DNA from: Gammaproteobacteria bacterium
GTDB lineage: Bacteria; Pseudomonadota; Gammaproteobacteria; DSM-16500
Assembly: GCA_027459575.1 (NCBI GenBank)
Contig: DAIDIB010000001.1
Coordinates: forward strand, 4,016 to 68,015
Reading direction: 5' to 3'
Length of the DNA stretch: 64,000 bases
The translations under genes were made by a program, and so were the position numbers. This document shows positions 60,253 through 64,000 of this stretch, piece by piece. Numbering within the stretch: position 1 is the first letter of the stretch; each line of letters opens with the position of its first letter. The notes below the pieces were generated by a model. The model was given only the letters and a program-made list of their open reading frames with translations, was not told where the DNA came from and searched no databases.

Positions 60253-61539
60253 ATGAGTAACGACCAGCGTGGCAATGGCGGAAAAGACAAAATATTTCAT
60301 TGCTCATTCTGTGGAAAAAGCCAGCATGAAGTGCGAAAGCTGATTGCCGGGCCATCGGTATATGTCTGTGACGAGTGCGTGTCACTCTGCAACGACATTA
60401 TCAATGAAGAATCACGTGATGCTACCAAAACGATGGTGGAGCAGCCAAACACGCTCCCGCGTTTACCCGCGCCCGCGGAAATTCGCAAAACACTGGACGA
60501 ATACGTGATCGGCCAGACAATGGCGAAAAAAGCCTTGTCTGTGGCGGTGTACAATCATTATAAACGTTTACGCAATCATACCAAGTCGGATGACGTCGAG
60601 CTTAGTAAAAGTAACATCCTGTTAATTGGTCCGACGGGTAGCGGCAAGACATTGTTAGCAGAAACACTGGCGCGACTTTTGAATGTGCCATTTGTTATCG
60701 CGGATGCCACCACCTTGACCGAAGCAGGTTATGTGGGTGAAGACGTAGAGAGTATTATTCAAAAATTATTGCAGCGTTGCGAATATGATGTGAACAAAGC
60801 GCAAATGGGTATTGTTTATATCGATGAAATCGACAAAATTTCACGTAAATCTGAAAATCCATCCATTACGCGTGACGTATCAGGTGAAGGTGTGCAACAA
60901 GCGCTGCTCAAGCTGATCGAAGGCACGATTGCTTCTGTGCCACCGCAAGGCGGCAGAAAACATCCGCAGCAGGAATTTATACAGGTGGATACTCGTAATA
61001 TCCTGTTTATCTGCGGCGGTGCGTTCGCGGGTCTGGAAAAAGTTATTCGTGACCGCAGTGAAAAATCGGGCATCGGTTTCTCCGCGGAAATTCACGGCAA
61101 AGAAGATGCTAAAACAATCGGTGATGTGCTGCGACAAGTCGAGCCAGCCGATTTAATCAAGTTTGGTTTAATACCAGAATTGATTGGCCGTTTGCCTGTT
61201 GTCACCACGCTCGATGAGCTGGATAAAGACGCGCTGGTGAGCATTTTAACCGAACCGAAAAACGCGCTCATCAAGCAATATCGCAAATTGTTCGAGATGG
61301 AAGGAGTGGCGCTAGAATTTCGAGACGCCGCACTTAGAACCATCGCGGACCATTGCGTGGAAAAGAAAACCGGCGCGCGCGGTTTGCGCTCCATTCTTGA
61401 GAAGGCATTGCTGGATGTGATGTATGAACTGCCTTCACTAACGCATGTTTCCAAAGTTATCATCGATGAAGCGGCGATTCATGGCGAAACCAAGCCGATC
61501 ATCATCTACGAAAATCAGCAGCAATCGGCCGCTGAATAA
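60253..61539 (+). CDS. clpX: ATP-dependent Clp protease ATP-binding subunit
   Basis: CSFCGK zinc finger, [17 protein letters not shown] loop. Confidence 0.98.
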   Translation: MSNDQRGNGGKDKIFHCSFCGKSQHEVRKLIAGPSVYVCDECVSLCNDIINEESRDATKTMVEQPNTLPRLPAPAEIRKTLDEYVIGQTMAKKALSVAVYNHYKRLRNHTKSDDVELSKSNILLIGPTGSGKTLLAETLARLLNVPFVIADATTLTEAGYVGEDVESIIQKLLQRCEYDVNKAQMGIVYIDEIDKISRKSENPSITRDVSGEGVQQALLKLIEGTIASVPPQGGRKHPQQEFIQVDTRNILFICGGAFAGLEKVIRDRSEKSGIGFSAEIHGKEDAKTIGDVLRQVEPADLIKFGLIPELIGRLPVVTTLDELDKDALVSILTEPKNALIKQYRKLFEMEGVALEFRDAALRTIADHCVEKKTGARGLRSILEKALLDVMYELPSLTHVSKVIIDEAAIHGETKPIIIYENQQQSAAE

Positions 61540-61572
61540 ATCATGAGTAAATTTAATTAATAGGGGGCGACT

Positions 61573-64000
61573 ATGGTGCAATCAGCTGCTCATGGCGATC
61601 AAAACAAGATAAGCATTCCTGTTTTACCGCTACGCGATGTAGTCGTGTATCCTTTTATGGTTGTGCCTTTGTTTGTAGGCCGCGAACGCTCGATCAAGGC
61701 ATTGGAAGTTGCCATGGCGGCAGACAAGCAAATTCTGCTGGCGTCGCAAAAAAACGCCTCTGAAGATCAGCCTAATGCGGAAGGTATTCACGAAATCGGT
61801 ACCGTGGCAACCGTGCTGCAGTTACTTAAATTGCCAGACGGCACGGTAAAAGTGCTGGTCGAAGGCGTTAAGCGCGGCAGAGCTACGCATTATCTTGATA
61901 GCTCGGGTTATTTTCTCGCGGATGTGATGTTTATCGAAGATGAAAATGTCGATGATCGCGAAGTGGAGATTTTTCAACGCTCGCTTAAATCCCAGTTTGA
62001 ACAATACGTAAAATTAAATCGTAAAATTCCCGCGGAAATCATGGCGTCTATTCTGGCGATTGAAGATGGCAGCCGTTTGGGCGATACCGTTGCCGCGCAC
62101 CTTAATATTAAGCTGGAAGAAAAACAAAAATTGCTCGAAATGGCCAATTTGCCAAAGCGTCTGGAACGCTTGATGTCGTTGCTGGAAAATGAAATTGACC
62201 TGCTGCAGGTTGAGAAAAAAATTCGCGGCCGCGTGAAAAGACAAATGGAAAAAACACAGCGCGAATATTATCTGAATGAGCAAATCAAGGCGATTCAGAA
62301 AGAATTAAACGAAATTGAAAATGTACCCAATGAAATGGATGCGATGGCGAAAAAGATCGCGGACAGAGGCATGTCGCCTGAAGCAAAAGAAAAATGCGAG
62401 ATGGAGCTTAACAAATTAAAAGCGATGCCAGCCCAATCCGCCGAAGCGACGGTGTCGCGCAACTATCTGGATGTGATGACTTCATTACCCTGGAGTCATG
62501 GTAGTGAGTTAAATATCAAGCTGGACGAAGCTGACAAAACTCTGGAAGCTGAGCATTATGGTTTAAGGGATGTGAAAGATCGCATCATTGAATATCTCGC
62601 GGTACAAAAACGCGTGAAAAAAATCAAAGGGCCAATTTTGTGTCTGGTGGGGCCGCCGGGTGTGGGTAAAACCTCACTTGGTAAGTCTATAGCGAATGCC
62701 ACCGGCAGAAAATTTGTGCGCATGTCTTTAGGTGGTGTGCGTGATGAGGCAGAAATTCGTGGCCATCGTCGTACATATATTGGTGCGATGCCTGGCAAAA
62801 TAGTTCAGAAACTTGCTAAGGTTGGCGTTAATAATCCGCTGTTTTTGTTGGATGAAATAGACAAAATGGCGATGGACTTCCGTGGTGATCCTGCTTCCGC
62901 CTTGTTGGAAGTGTTAGACCCAGAGCAAAACAATACCTTTAACGATCACTATTTGGAAGTTGACTATGACTTATCAAAAGTCATGTTTGTCGCAACTGCC
63001 AACACACTGGATATTCCACCCGCACTGCGTGATCGTATGGAAGTCATACGCATTCCGGGTTACACCGAGGATGAAAAAGTAAATATCGCTATACGCCATT
63101 TGATTCCTAAACAAATTGAAGCGGCGGGTTTAAAAGTTTCTGAAATAGAAATACCAACGGAATCGGTACAACACATCATTCGTTACTACACGCGTGAAGC
63201 GGGTGTGCGTAACCTTGAGCGCGAGATTTCCAAGGTATGCCGCAAAGTCGTGAAAGAAGTGTTGCTGAAAACCAAAGAAAGCAAGGCGCGCGTCGAGCCA
63301 GAAGATCTGGAACATTATTTAGGGGTGCGGCGTTTCCGTTACGATATCGCTGATCAGCAAGATCAGGTTGGCCAGGTGAAAGGCTTGGCCTGGACAGAAG
63401 TGGGCGGTGAGCTGTTGACTATTGAAGCGATCGTGCTTCCAGGTAAAGGAAAGACAATTTATACGGGTCAGCTCGGCGAAGTGATGCAAGAATCTATTCA
63501 GGCGGCGCTTTCCGTTGTGCGCGTGCGTTCTGATTTGCTGGGTATCCCAAAAAATTTCTTCGACAAGCATGATATTCACATTCACGTTCCAGAAGGCGCG
63601 ACACCTAAAGATGGCCCAAGCGCGGGTATCAGTATGTGTACCGCGTTGGTATCAGTGATCACTCAGCTCCCAGTGCATGCGGATTATGCCATGACGGGTG
63701 AAATTACACTGCGTGGCGAAGTATTGCCAATTGGTGGCTTGAAAGAGAAGCTGCTCGCGGCTCACCGTAGCGGTATCAAAAATGTGATCATTCCGATTGA
63801 AAATGTAAAAGATTTGAAAGAGGTGCCAGACAACATCAAGCAGGATTTAAACATCAAGCCTGTACGATGGATTGATGAGGTGTTGAGTAACGCGCTTAAT
63901 GGCTATACGGCGAGGACGCATAAGAAGGTGAAGAAGGCTAAAGCTAAGCCGGCTATTGCTGTTGTGAGTAAGAAGCTTAAGGGCAAGAAGGGCGGGGATA
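61573..64000 (+). CDS. lon: Lon protease (stop codon beyond the window)
   Basis: Manual translation from ATG 61573: PVLPLRDVVVYP, GPPGVGKTS, PKDGPSAG; missing from the ORF track because no stop occurs in the window. Confidence 0.97.
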   Translation, partial: MVQSAAHGDQNKISIPVLPLRDVVVYPFMVVPLFVGRERSIKALEVAMAADKQILLASQKNASEDQPNAEGIHEIGTVATVLQLLKLPDGTVKVLVEGVKRGRATHYLDSSGYFLADVMFIEDENVDDREVEIFQRSLKSQFEQYVKLNRKIPAEIMASILAIEDGSRLGDTVAAHLNIKLEEKQKLLEMANLPKRLERLMSLLENEIDLLQVEKKIRGRVKRQMEKTQREYYLNEQIKAIQKELNEIENVPNEMDAMAKKIADRGMSPEAKEKCEMELNKLKAMPAQSAEATVSRNYLDVMTSLPWSHGSELNIKLDEADKTLEAEHYGLRDVKDRIIEYLAVQKRVKKIKGPILCLVGPPGVGKTSLGKSIANATGRKFVRMSLGGVRDEAEIRGHRRTYIGAMPGKIVQKLAKVGVNNPLFLLDEIDKMAMDFRGDPASALLEVLDPEQNNTFNDHYLEVDYDLSKVMFVATANTLDIPPALRDRMEVIRIPGYTEDEKVNIAIRHLIPKQIEAAGLKVSEIEIPTESVQHIIRYYTREAGVRNLEREISKVCRKVVKEVLLKTKESKARVEPEDLEHYLGVRRFRYDIADQQDQVGQVKGLAWTEVGGELLTIEAIVLPGKGKTIYTGQLGEVMQESIQAALSVVRVRSDLLGIPKNFFDKHDIHIHVPEGATPKDGPSAGISMCTALVSVITQLPVHADYAMTGEITLRGEVLPIGGLKEKLLAAHRSGIKNVIIPIENVKDLKEVPDNIKQDLNIKPVRWIDEVLSNALNGYTARTHKKVKKAKAKPAIAVVSKKLKGKKGGD

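Noticed and set aside
61822-63585. Several minus-strand ORFs
   Set aside because: Shadows of lon, which the ORF track omitted because it lacks a stop in the window

Overview
Chromosomal window of a gammaproteobacterium. Gene order, eukaryote-like accessory proteins and a MOMP-like porin remnant point to a Legionellales/Coxiellaceae-like, host-associated organism (inference). The housekeeping backbone comprises valS, pepA, lptFG, htpG, ald, an M17 peptidase, ridA, tdh-kbl, fnr/cyoABCD, sdhE, rhlE, lepA-lepB-rnc-era, recO, pdxJ, gltX, cysS, tRNA-Leu and tig-clpP-clpX-lon. It is interleaved with accessory genes: a gamma-glutamylation (PuuA/PuuD-like) cluster, LRR, nitrilase-like and TPR effector-like proteins, a HEPN-MNT toxin-antitoxin pair, RND-TolC-carbonic anhydrase without an adaptor, trpR plus an aromatic amino-acid permease, a beta-barrel plus Cys-rich beta-propeller pair, a GT-C-like membrane protein, and a FAD oxidase ending in a eukaryotic CaaX motif. 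The window is dense in small palindromic elements (GTAG-type and CGTC-type REP-like repeats, a 162-bp hairpin element, an IS5/IS903 remnant). Several appear to have been co-opted: one is translated in frame inside valS, one forms an 18-codon ATGA-to-ATGA relay between rnc and era, and two carry an identical TATAAT tail pointing at tdh and recO. All family assignments come from motif recognition by eye; no database searches were run.
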